Positions 1 through 30,800 of a stretch of DNA of 61,094 nt are shown here, one piece after another. The notes below the pieces were generated by a model. It had not been told where the DNA came from. It made no database searches and worked only from the letters and a program-made list of their open reading frames with translations. The stretch lies in contig JAQGDQ010000856.1 in the NCBI GenBank assembly GCA_030141605.1, forward strand, positions 1 through 61,094, written 5' to 3'. This DNA comes from Tubiluchus corallicola (Eukaryota; Animalia; Priapulida). The translations under genes were made by a program, and so were the position numbers. Within the stretch, counting starts at the first letter, position 1, and each line of letters starts with the position of its first letter.

Positions 1-269
1 ATAAAAATATAGAATCAATTGTGCGGAGTTATTTGAGTCAATTGCAGACAGTTTTTATATACTTTTACATAGGAACAGCCAGTACTTAGGCGTTTTTGAG
101 ACAATTAGGTATCATGTATCCTTGATAGTTGGGTATTTTAAATTATGCATGAAACAAGGTAACTGATATTTTAAGTCTACTTAGAGGTTCTCTATGGTCA
201 CAAAATTGCAATTTGTTGCTGGCTCCAAGGCAGCTTCGCCCCCCCCCCCCTCCCTTGAACCCCCATAGG

Positions 270-1579
270 CAGGGCACTTTATTTATGACTTTAGTCATAA
301 ATTGCATAAATAGCTTATTTAATACTAATTTCAGATTTTATTTATGACTATTTATGACGTGTCAAATTTTGACCAAAAATGCCATCCTGAGCTAAAAGAA
401 ATACATATTTTTAATCAGAATCTTGTATTTTGCCTTTCTTCGTTCTTCATTACATTAAAATGTAATAAAAATGTCTACTTTCATCATTCCAAGGCCTGAA
501 GTTTCTCGTATTGTTTTGCATGCAGGCATCCCTCCAGACTGAAATCCGTGATCGTGTTTATAATAATTATAGTATCGGTTTTAATTTGTTTAGGATGACC
601 TATAAAATTACTGCTCATAAAAATCAATCTATTAATTAATTCGTACAGTCACAATTCGTAGCCACAATTAGTACAAGTAAATAATGTATTTTTTTAAATA
701 TCGATTTTAAATTTAATGTTGGAAAATACTATTGGCTATTACATCTTTCTAGGGAACCGTCACGTATGTTTTCTAATTAAAATTGCATTAAGCAAAATAA
801 CTAAACAAGAAAAACAGTTAAATTTTAATGACAATGAAGCAGCAAATTCTCCCAAAGATAAAATATGCTCAAATTCTAGCAGACGGCATTATTCTTATTT
901 CTTGAGGATGAGGCAGTAAGGCACGGGAAACGCTTGCGGCAAACTCGAGCTAAAACCTACACCCAAGCCATTGACTTACGCCGCTTAGGGGTGAGCATCG
1001 AAGTTCGGTTCGATTCGAATTCGAAAGTCACAAATTCGGTTCGATTCGAATTCGCTTTCTGGTAGAGAATGCTCACCCCTAACGCCGTTAGGATGAGAAA
1101 GGCACTGAAATGAACGTGCAAAGAAAAGAATTAGAAGTGTAGATTTCTGTTATTGTGCCGAGCGTAGGTTTGAGGCGGTAGAACTTTAGGACATTAAAAT
1201 AGGTAAGCTGTCTTTAATTCAAATTTTCGATGGAACGACAACGATTCTGTCGGTGCCTATTTATTTTTTCGCGGTAACGCGCTCATTTACTTTTTATTAT
1301 TTAGGTTGCTTCTAGACGAGTTAATGACAGATAAACGCATCAGTTAGACAGTCTCAGTTACTGTGTTAGTCCACCAAACAGTCACGCGCAAGCTTCTTAT
1401 GGACTGCCTGTGTGTGTGGGAGAGAGAGAGAGACGGTGGAAACAGTTTTCTGTACTGAATTTTTTGTTCCATTCTTCGGGAAGTGATTATTTTTCTTTTG
1501 TTATTTATGACAAATTTGAAATCTTATTTATGACTATTTATGACTATTTTGCAAGAAAAGTCATAAATAAAGTGCCCTG
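270..1579. mobile_element. hAT-type MITE, family B, inserted into the family A copy
   Basis: TIRs CAGGGCACTTTATTTATGACTTT / AAAGTCATAAATAAAGTGCCCTG; perfect 8-bp TSD CCCATAGG at 262-269 and 1580-1587. Confidence 0.9.
986..1081. mobile_element. 96-bp mini-MITE, family C (TAGGGGTGAGCAT TIR), nested in family B
   Basis: TIR TAGGGGTGAGCAT...ATGCTCACCCCTA; TSD ACGCCGCT/ACGCCGTT; TTCGAA-rich interior; internally deleted relative of 13428-13758. Confidence 0.85.
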
Positions 1580-1789
1580 CCCATAGGGGTCTATGCAGCT
1601 CCCAAACCCCCGGCCTGTTTCAGAGTTTTTTGTCATTCTCGTCCCTGTAGTTGTTTTATAACGCGAGATACTCGCCATACTGGCAGTGAATTGGTCGAAA
1701 AATTCTGCGCTTTAGTGCATTAACAGATTATGTCAGTAATTCACTGTTGATCGTTACGTTGTTATAAAAAATGAGATTCCTTTCTACAG

Positions 1790-9207
<7,418 letters not shown>

Positions 9208-9234
9208 AATTTATGCGCACAAGTCAAAATTATA

Positions 9235-9650
9235 TAGTTGATGTAAACGGCGGTCGGGTGTATTTTCATTTAGTTTAGTATGACTGAAAAGCAGATGAGT
9301 GAGAAATGGTAATGCAGTTGCAGCGATTGACGATGATCGTGAAAATGTCAAAGGTTGAATGTACCAGACAACGCATTTGAGTACACTTGACAACGCCTCA
9401 AAGCCCATGCTATTGTAATAGTAACAGTTTTAACAGCTAGCTAGAACCTTACCTAGTTCATTTTTTCTTGTTCCCCCCATGCAAGATCCTGCTAGTAAAT
9501 CACTCTATGCACAGTCTAATGGATAAAACTCTACTGATGCAAAACAACTGATGCACCAGACGGTTTTGCTTTACACACACGCACACATCACGTGACAGTT
9601 GTAGTTAAGATGCGTTGCTGTTGTACACTTAACCTTTGACCTACAGCAAC
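9235..9650. repeat. Dispersed repeat family (also about 3370-3650 and inverted at about 12765-13110)
   Basis: Shared blocks such as TTAACCTTTGACCTACAGCAAC, CTAGAACCTTACCTAGTTCATTTTT and GCAAGATC(C/T)TGCT recur at these places. Confidence 0.6.
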
Positions 9651-11624
9651 ACAAACAAACTGAAAAGATTTATTGCTGAGGTGTTACTGTGTAAGGAGTA
9701 TTACATAAAAGAAATAGTTTGTTGCTATGAAAACGCAGTATGTGGAAAAAAGGGGGGCAGCACCGTCTGTTTACTTTTCATAATGAAGTACAGGAACTAA
9801 TACGTTACATTTTTCCAGTGGTGAATGACTGGAAACGTATTCAGCGCACAAAGTTGATCAGGTTGTGAAAAACATTGCCTTCAAGTTGAAGACGTGGTGC
9901 CGTGGTGCTGTTCTACATTGACGGTGCAAAACAATAATACCTGATAGAGAAGAAAAAACCGGCGTTGCTTTCATCATGGAGTTTCATCAACGAAGCTGTA
10001 CGATTGTCTCTCATTGGTGATAAATTTATTCCTCGAAGCTTTGACCAAACGGAACAGTAACGACATTTTAGTTTGAATACTCGCGTAGTTGTTTAGATGA
10101 GTTTGTGACAAACAAACAAACAACCTCAGTTGTAAAATTTTTTTTACTGCTCTATGTTCTCATAATTTACGTGGAAGTTTTTAATTTGTTTTATTTTATC
10201 AAATATTTTTACTCAAATACGAGTTCCCAGTGCTCTTACAAGACGGGTCACCATTTTGGATCCTATACGAGCTCCTGATACTCTCCCAATACAGGTCTCC
10301 ATCTTAGTTACCGTGGGAGCTTACAGTGCTCTTCCACCCCACCCCCCCTCCACATAAAATGTGCATTATGAAAGTCCTTAAGTAGCAGAAATGCTTCTGT
10401 CGATTATTTTTCTTGAAATTACTCCTTTTTGTTCAAATCTCCAGTTAGAGCCAAAGTTTCTCTCATGTCGACCAAAAGATGGCAGCACAAGCCAACAGTT
10501 AGGTGAACATGTTGCAGCACATGTAATAATATTAATGGTATAACAGCATATATCAGTTCAAAGTTTTGATAAAATGATGCAAAAACGATCAATGTTTGTA
10601 CATAATGTAACGTCTTTTATTTTTTGTTTAATTTTAACACGATTCTGTCATATTTACGTATCGTGTGTCATGAATCTCACCACTGGTTGCCATATTCTGG
10701 CTGTCGTCAAAAATCTTGCCTTTTTATTTTTACTTTAGCAGTTTGTTGAATTGTCTGTATTTGCACTCATTCTAAATGTGTTAAAACCGTAATTTTGTAT
10801 GCAATTTTTGCAATGTAACGTTGTCATTATGGGTATTTTATTGACTGTGTATAATTAAGGTAATTGTTTTAGTCATGTACATAAATAATACGATTTCCAA
10901 AATCGGAATTTAATGTTTTTCTCATCTGTACTTCATATTTTTGTCGCGTGGCCACCCTGTACAAGAGACGTGTGTCAGTTCAAATGTTTCTGACAGCATT
11001 CAGTCTTCTTCATGATACCTTTATTTTAATTTCGTTCATTTTAACTCATGTTTTTTTACTTAGATATAATGGCTTAAATGTTACGCATGTGCAGTAGGAG
11101 TGAGCCTTTTTATTCTCATTAATCGTGTTTAAATTCTCGCTGTACAACTTGCTGTACAAAAAGTACAGAAACGTGATTTCTCTCGTTCAAGTCATTTTAT
11201 TTCCTGCATTGAGGTACTAAGTGTAGAATGTTCAGATTTTACGTTTTTCATTTTAATATTGACTAGGAATCATAATCTCGAATTATTAGTTAGCACAAGT
11301 TTTCTAATAATTATTTCCACATGGAGACAATTGACTAGGTACATCAGGAATATTTGATCATTTTCGTCTTTCTGTTACGTTTACACGCTGTTAAGTTACA
11401 TGTAACAAAGACTTTTGTGTTTCTTTGAAACCATTAACTATGTTGACATGTTCTTCCCAAAAAAACTTAAACTGCTGTAAAAATATTTCCAAATTTGCAC
11501 ATTTTTTGGGGGAAAAAATGCACTGTTTTATGCACAGTTTAGCCTTGCTGGTTGTTTTTGGCATTTTCAGTTTCTTCATCGGGTGCACAGCGGACTTCAT
11601 TTATTTAAGAAAATTGCTTTCTTT

Positions 11625-12450
11625 ATTGCACAATTGTTTTTCTCGGTCTGCTACACAGATTCGTTAGTATTAAAAATATATCATTCAAAACTATTGTTTT
11701 CTTTGTTGCACAATTGTGTTTTCCAGTCTGCTACATTGATTCTTTAATGCTAAAAATATACGATTCAAAACTATTGTATTCTTTGTTGCACAATTGTGTT
11801 CTCCAGTCTGCTACATTGATTCATTAATGTTAAAAATATGATTCATAACTATTGTTTTCTTTGTTGCACAATTGTGTTTTCCAGTCTGCTACACCGATTA
11901 ATTAATGCTAAAAATATATCATTCAAAACTATTGTTTTCCAGTCTGCTACATTGATTCTTTAATGCTAAAGATATATGATTAAAAACTATTGTTTTCTTT
12001 GTTGCACAATTGTGTTCTCCAGTCTGCTACATTGATTCATTAATGTTAAAAATATATCATTCAAAACTATTGTTTTCTTTGTTGCACAATTGTGTTTTCC
12101 AGTCTGCTACATTGATTCATTAATGTTAAAAATATGATTCATAACTATTGTTTTCTTTGTTGCACAATTGTGTTTTCCAGTCTGCTACACCGATTAATTA
12201 ATGCTAAAAATATATCATTCAAAACTATTGTTTTCCAGTCTGCTACATTGATTCTTTAATGCTAAAGATATATGATTAAAAACTATTGTTTTCTTTGTTG
12301 CACAATTGTGTTCTCCAGTCTGCTACATTGATTCATTAATGCTAAAAATATATGATTCAAAACTATTGTTTTCTTTGTTGCACAATTGTGTTCTCCAGTC
12401 TGCTACCAGATTCATTAGTATTAAAAATATATCATTCAAAATTATTGTGT
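11625..12450. repeat. Minisatellite, about 80-bp unit
   Basis: Repeated TTGCACAATTGTGTT(T/C)TCCAGTCTGCTACATTGATT...AAAACTATTGTTTTC; about 10 copies, with a block duplication. Confidence 0.95.
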
Positions 12451-13427
12451 AATTTTGATATTTTAGGTTGTGACAGCACAGTAATAAGTTAATGATTATG
12501 CTAACTATTATGATGTATAAATTAACTCAATTAAAATGTTTGTAATTACAATAATTATGTAATAGTAATAATAATAAAGTTTTTTGTTTATTTATTCATT
12601 TTATTGGTGTTTTTTTCGAACAAACGTTTTTATTTTTTGCATAATAACAATACTGTTCAGCAGATATGTATGAATGCCAGTTGCAGATCTTATAGAAACA
12701 CGAACTCGCTGAAACGACAATTAACAAACCTTGTCACAGCTTCATTAACACGCTCCCAGTTGCCGTAGGTCAAATGTTAAGCGTACCACAGCAACAACGC
12801 ATCTTATCGACAACTGTCGCTTGACATGTGGGTAAGGCAAAGCCGTCTGCCACATCAGTTCAGCAAATTTGGTTGTTTTAAGTGGACTTCACTTAATTAT
12901 GCATTAGTATGTGCGTGTAGACTGATTTTCTAGCAGGATCTTGCTTGGGAACAAGAAAAAATGAACTAGGTAAGGTTCTAGGTATGTGTTAAAACTGTTA
13001 CTATTACAATAACACGGACTGTGAGGCGTTGTCAAGTGTACAAAAGTGTGTTGTCTGGTACACATAGCATATGACCTTTCTACGATCATCATCAATCGCT
13101 GGAACTGCGAAAGGGTTATAGGTTCATACGAGCCCCACTTGTGTATCTAGTAGTGGACGACATGGCAAAGAACCAATGAACGATCGCTGCACTCAGAGAA
13201 TTTTCTGGATTTTCTAGTCAGTGAAAGCAATTACTAGCTTATGCCGACTTAAAAATACTAGTAAATGTGCAAATAAAAAACAAAAAGTTGGTCAACAGGT
13301 AAAGTATGTTTTCAAAAATACTTCCTACTGTGCTTACATACAGTTAAAACTCGCTACTGTATAACTTCACCTCGCTTATAACACCAATATTATTGGCAAA
13401 TCGAAATTGCTATGTTTGCATAGACAT

Positions 13428-13758
13428 TAGGGGTGAGCATTCTCTACCAGAAAGCGAATTCGAATCGAACCGAATTTTTGACTTTCGAATTCGAATCGAA
13501 CCGAACTTCAGTTTTTCGAATTCGAATTGAGATCGAAAGATTTTCGAACCAGCAGTAAAAATTAGTCTTACAAAGATCATGCATATCACTAGATTTTGTT
13601 CTGCAATAAAACGACTAGTAATTTCTTTAAAATTGTGTGCAGAAATCACAGCTAAATTATGCTACTGAATTATTCGAATCTATAGTTTTGGATTCGAATC
13701 GAGTTCGAACTAAAAAAACTCGTTCGAATCGAATTCGAGCGTTCGATGCTCACCCCTA
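13428..13758. mobile_element. hAT-type MITE, family C
   Basis: TIR TAGGGGTGAGCAT; perfect 8-bp TSD ATAGACAT (13420-13427, 13759-13766); TTCGAA subterminal repeats. A degenerate relative lies at about 35026-35440. Confidence 0.9.
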
Positions 13759-14154
13759 ATAGACATGCACATGTATTAATGCACTTCATTATGATGCCAA
13801 GCTTGCTTAACGCAGTTTTTTTGCAGTTACAAAGCAGGCAGTATAAAGAGGTTTCACTGTGCATGACAAGTGTTTAAGTTCAACCTAGTCGAGTCTCAGA
13901 TCTTCAAACCGGACCCCGGACTCGAGTCCCACATCACTTAAAAGTCACTAATTATCAATGTGTGTCATTAACGGAGCACCATCTAGTGGCAAAACATGTA
14001 AAATGTAAAACTACATATTTCTTAAGCTTGTATTTAGGACAATCACTCACATCAAAACTATAGGAGAAATTTTAGCAAAACAAGTTATCAGCTGCTTTCA
14101 AACTTTTAAATAAGAAAAAAAGAAAAACAAGATTTATAATACAAAATGTGATAT

Positions 14155-14160
14155 TTTATT
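14155..14160 (-). terminator. Candidate distal poly(A) signal of UBE2D (AATAAA)
   Basis: TTTATT on plus, followed on minus by a T-rich stretch, at the end of about 2.6 kb without recognisable repeats downstream of the stop codon. Confidence 0.4.
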
Positions 14161-16733
14161 TTAATATCCCGAGATGCAGTACCATAAGATGAACAAAGCA
14201 AGTCTCGAAAACCAGGAAACGAGTTTTACAAAATGTTAAACACAATCACAGTAAACAAACTGTTGCCATGGTTACTAGCGGAGATGCAATGTCACTTCTA
14301 ATGGTATCGATGGACAATCACAGAGTCGTGAAAAGTGCTACGATGAAAAATTTTGCCAAGAGAAGTTCGTTTTTAAAAACGCAGATCTACACGCAGCTGC
14401 AACGGTTACAGGAAAAATCCTGGAAAACGGAGCTACAAATTTTGTGATGCACAGTTTAAAAAATACTTCGCTTTGGTAACAATTTATTACGAAAATGTTT
14501 GCGCAGCGGAACTTGAGAAAGAAATGCACCCAGAGACATTAATCTCTGTTCACTGGTACAATCTCTCCTACTGAGACTTAACTTATCACAAAGTTATTTG
14601 GTACGAAAACAGTGAAGTATTACCACAATTCTATCACCAATGAATAAAATGCATCAAGCCTTTGACAAGTTGGAATTTCAGAAATTTCCGACGACTGTAC
14701 ATGACCTTGTTAGCTTTTCAGGAACTGCATGCACGCCTGGCCACGAAGAATTTAGACACTAGAAGGGTTAACATTTTCCAGTTTTTCCAACTTTCAGGAC
14801 AGAAACTGCTACTAGAAACTTATCCGAGACAGCTTAAGAAATTCGTAATGATAAAATGGATGATAACAAACTGAGCAAAGCGTTCCTGTTGTCGGAAAAT
14901 GCGCGAAACAAAATTGCAGATCCGTTTTCCAAACGTGGCTGCGTAATTTTTCAGTTTTCACAAGAGAAAAGCTTTGAAGAGAGGCCTTTAATCATAAAAT
15001 CAGCTGCACGGCTATTTATTAGTAATAATTGGCTACGAACAATGTAACTTATTTACTACAAATGCGTTCCCGGAATCGCAACAAAAAATCAATAATTTTA
15101 TAAACAGGTCTAGAGACACGCAATGCTGTATTATTACAATACTTCAACACTCTGTACAGGTTGTTTTTACAAGAAAAACCAAGGGGGCATAATTGGCAGT
15201 AATTTACAAATATTCCGCTAGGTGACGCCCTCTCTAGGCAACTAGAGACCGCTCTTTGACACTCGGGAGCATGTGTTATGCGAACTAACATCGGCTGCGT
15301 TTACGATAGCAAGCCATTTGCACAACAACGGTTTCTAATCGAACAAACAATGCCGTCGGAGAACAGAAACAGAACAACGGTAGAGTAACAATTAAATCTA
15401 TACTAAAGAAAAACTGGCAATGTGAGCAATGTGTGAGAAAGAAAAATGACGTACACTTTCTCGACTAACTCCTAATGCAAATTTACCAAAATTCTGACTA
15501 AACGATAAACTCGCCAGCTGTTTACGCCAACTGTGAACACCTTATAGAGAGTTACATGGTCACAAATGAAAACTACAAGTAGGATGCTCACGCACGAATG
15601 TAAGGAAGCACTTTTTCTCCAATCGCGTTGTGCAAAAAACGGAACAATCTAGGCAGTGATATTGTTCATGCCCCCCAATGCTGAGTCCCCTATACGAGCA
15701 CTGGAGGGAGTGCGTTTAAAGCATTTTTATACGCTAGCACTCTTGCAAGTTTTGACGTAGGGATTTGTGCTACAGATTGGTAATCAATTCACAGAATCAG
15801 ATAAACAAATTAGTAAAATGTTCAACTTAATTAGTACAAACAGCGAAAATGCAAAGTTGAGCCACAACTCGATGAACTGGAAGCGAAGAAGTGAAATAAA
15901 CTCTTTAAGCTTTGCAGACAGTTTCACAAAAATTCATCGTAGCGCCTTCTAGCAGTGAAACAGTGAGGCATTAAGTGTGAAATCTGCACGGTGCTAACCC
16001 TAGTTGCCGTGGCAACGAAAATGCAATCAAAATAATTTGCTTTAGTTACGTAAATGAATGCAGATTTTCTTCAGTAACCCAGAAAAACATTGGACGAAAA
16101 GTAGTCACTCAAATCAGAGCTACAAACTAACATAAAAAGATTTGCCATATTGACACTTTTTTCTTGGATCTGGCATGGCAGTGTCTAGTTTTTTTTGCTG
16201 GATTACTATCTGAAGGCAGATTTCTTTTATTTTATAATTCTGCCTGCCCAATGTCTACAATAGACGTGACGGGAGTATGATGATGATGACAACAAGTGCT
16301 TTTGTAGTTAAAAACAGATTTGACTGGGCTTAGATGACGATGATGATAATGATGACGTAAATCATACGTTTCAACGACGACGAATCAATATGCGATCAGA
16401 AAAGCACACATTAAAATCTAACAATCACCTGAGATTTCACGCAGCAAGCTTATCAAATAAGATTACCCACATTGCCAATTTCCCAAACGGGCACAGCTAA
16501 TATTAGCTTTACTTCCGTATAAGCAGTATCACCGATTCTAAACTTGGATTAGAATTTAGTTAAGAACAATAAAATGAGTTGGTACACGAATTCTGAGAAA
16601 TCCCTAAGCATTAACACACTTAATAAGGAACAATTTTAATGAACGACGAAACGTTTTTGCTGTACAATGGCACAGTGCCGCATATATTCGACTGCAATAA
16701 ACACACGCACGCACAAGTGGCACCCCCTGGCGG

Positions 16734-27473
<10,740 letters not shown>

Positions 27474-27878
27474 AACAATGTGAGGATCTGCCTAAATCCC
27501 TAAGAAGGGCGAAAAGATTCCAATTTCTTACTGTACCAAAATATACTTTTCCTTCTACAAGCGCATCAGCGGAAAATGGCGAAATTATCAAAAAGAGATG
27601 GGTTGTGATTTGGTCATTTCAATTAAACCTGCAAAATACTAGCCATATTTTAACACTAAAAAAATTAGAACTAGGTTACGTTTATCATAAGTTACACTTG
27701 GTTCTTTTAAATCTCTCATTTTCGTTTCCTAGGAAAAATAATTGGGAACTACGTTTTATTGATCTACTTTATTGGGAAACAAATTCATCCGCAAAATCTC
27801 GCAAAGTCTTGTCAATGACGTATTTCGCGTAGAGCGTGAGTCAGTGATAAAAATACATGTAGCTAATTCTTCGTGTTC
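27474..27878. promoter_or_regulatory. Bidirectional promoter and 5' UTRs of UBE2D and CISD2
   Basis: Divergent ATGs at 27473 (-) and 27879 (+); YY1-like AAAATGGCG at about 27573; E2F-like TTTCGCG at about 27823. Confidence 0.75.
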
Positions 27879-30800
27879 ATGATGGACGTGATAGCAAAAT
27901 TCGTTAAAGTTTCACTTCCAAATTATTTGAAAAGTTTACCAATACCCAAAACGTTTGCTGGGTTTGGCAAACTAACAGGTGAGTATACTAAGTTTTGCTC
28001 TACAAAAACCTAATGTTACATCAAAATTGCTGACTGCTATCAACGAGAAAGTACATACATGCGAGTTATTTTGCGAAGTCTAAGAAACCTAACCACAACA
28101 CGGTTATTTCGGCGGTCTCTCCTCAACAATTTGCGAAATTGCTGCAGATTGCAACTGATGCGTCAGCTGTTTCACTATTATTAAGTATTAAGTGAATTCC
28201 AAGGGCGCACAACACGAAAAGAGAAGCAATGAGTTCTGATATTAGTGCGAGAGTACTGCACAAATAATTTAGTATTGAATTTATCACTACGCAAAATAGG
28301 ACTACCACTAATGACTTTATAACTGTTAATAAGATCTATAGTATCATGTTGTTCAAGAGAAGATACAGAGTCAGGCTGAATATCATTATTCCAAGACAAG
28401 GGAGTTGGTAAGGGACCATCATCAGGTTCATTAGTGAAGAGAAAAGCAAAAGAATCATTAATGGTATTAGCAACCATGATAGGATCAGAAATAACATGTT
28501 GATGATCATTACTAGTAGTAATACGATTAGGAGGTTTAAGGAAATGTTTAATATAATGGTAAAATTCTTTACCATTTTTACTTAGTCGATTTGCAAGACG
28601 CTCCTCATAGCACAGAATATAAAGCTGATTTCAATTCTTACGAGGGGCGAGTTACTAGCTAGCTACTGTGGGATACAGTAGCAGACTAGCAATAATACGG
28701 ATACTGGAGCGCTTGGCTCTGTCTATGTAGGGACAAATTTGAAATCGAAGAGGAATAAAATACGTTTGACGTTTCGCAAATTATGTAACTAATCGAACAA
28801 CTACTTATTCCGGCATCCCTGGTAATATGAGGAACATGTTCAGTCTAGTTGGCTGTCCTATAAGTGTTAATTTTCTTTGCTTTGTGTGCAAACCTGAATG
28901 ATTTAAACCAAAAATAAATTCATCGAGTGAGTAGTGTTGTAAATACAATGCAAATTTTATGCAAAGTCATGCGCTTTGGATACAACAACCCTAGAAAGGT
29001 GTGTTGCATGAATAGAGTAGAGTTGGTGTAGCTTTGAATGTTTAACAAAATTTAACTACCTGGAGTAATTATTACCTAATCGTAATTTTGATTTAAAAAA
29101 AGCTGTTGTATTTTTCTATATTTTAGAGCATACTTTATCTATACAATCGTCCGGACCTAAACTTCGTATCCTTAATGGCGAAAGACAGTTGAAAAGTTGC
29201 TTACTGAACTTATTGAAACCATTAAAGGCCTCAAATGCCTAAAGTCGAAGAAAATGCATTGGTTTTTGCACCAGTGTAAGCCTCGGGGGGCCCCACTGGG
29301 TTGCTTTCACCACTATCCCAGACCTAGTAGGTGTTTGTTGCTCTGTTCATCACTAGGGTTGTCACACTTCTGATTTGGCCTGGAGTCTCTTGAAATTCAG
29401 CCATAGATTCGTAATTCGGCTGTTTTATGCTGTTTTGTTCAGTAAGTTTTTCATGGGATACTGGCAGATTTTTCTTAAGTAGTTAAATTATTTGCCTACT
29501 TACACAAAACAGTCATCAAATAGCTAATGAAATATCCAACCAGAATATGTTATTCATGCAAATGTAGGATGCAAATTTTTTGCGCTCTAATGATATTTGT
29601 AAAAAAAATTGTGTAAAATTTCGCTCACAACTTAGCTGGAACAACAGGTTGCCATGGAGATTGTGACATGCAGCTGCTATATTCATTGTCCTGATGTAGC
29701 TACTAACATCACACGGCTGGTGTTACTATGGTGACTGAGGAATTTTTTGTCTGCCATCTAGAGACGAGTTAAAAAACAAGTGTGTAACTGCACTACTTGG
29801 AGCGTATGCAGTGCATTTTATATATTTATTATATTTATGCATATTGTACAATTTAGGCTCAGACTGGATCACTCTTCTGCCATTTGTTGGTACTGTCACC
29901 ATCATCTTTTATCTGACCATATCTGCCCTCTTTGCCAGTTCGCCTCCGAAGCCTAAAAAGGACGACCGCGTCAACAGGAAGATTCAGAAGGATACTGACA
30001 AGGTTGTGACCGTAGCAGAAATTGAGGAACTAGGAGAGAAGACCTGCTATTGCCGCTGCTGGAAATCCAAAAAGGTGGGCCATTCTTTTTTACTGGTAAT
30101 TTCAACTGAGAGGTCTACTGAGTGGTGTAGAGCAATTGTACTAGAGATTGCTCGGTTCTTTGCTGCACACTTGACTGCATTGCATTACTGATTTTTTTCT
30201 TTGAATAAAGCGGGCTGTAGCATATGCTGTGACTTGCTTCAATGGCAAAATCATAGCTAGCAGACGTATAATTCCATCTGTAGAGCAGGGATGTCACAAA
30301 TCTGAAATTACAGAATCCAATCTACACCGAATTCGGATCGAATCCGAATCTCAGTTCAAAATAATTTTCGAATCCGGACCAAATCTGATTCTCAATTTAA
30401 AACAATTTTCGAATCCAGATCGAAGGTGAATCTCAGTTTAAAGTAATTTTCGAATCCAGACCAAATCTGGATCTCAGTTTAAAACAATTTTCAAATCCGG
30501 ACCGAATCCGAATCTCAGTTTAAAACAATATTCTAATCCGAACGGAATCAGAATCTTAGTTTAGAATAATTTTCGAAAATGAATCAAATTCGAATCTCAA
30601 TTTTTTAGATAGTTCTTTCAACCGAATTTTTTTCCAACCTACGCAGTTTTCAATAAAATTATTTCAGATTGGTGAGAGAGCAGTGTTTTTCATGAAGATT
30701 ACAGATGACCTTTCTGTACAGCATGTTTGACAGCAGTCCTGCAATAATAAAGACTATAAATGATCTAATTATTTTGTAATAAATTTTTTCTGCCGATGGC

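Larger units (their letters stand above)
1..1647 (+). mobile_element. hAT-type MITE, family A (CAGGGATGAGAAT termini), left end outside the window, interrupted by a nested MITE
   Basis: 1-261 plus 1588-1647 align with the intact copy at 6548-7056 and the inverted copy at 33836-34382; ends in ATTCTCGTCCCTG. Confidence 0.8.
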
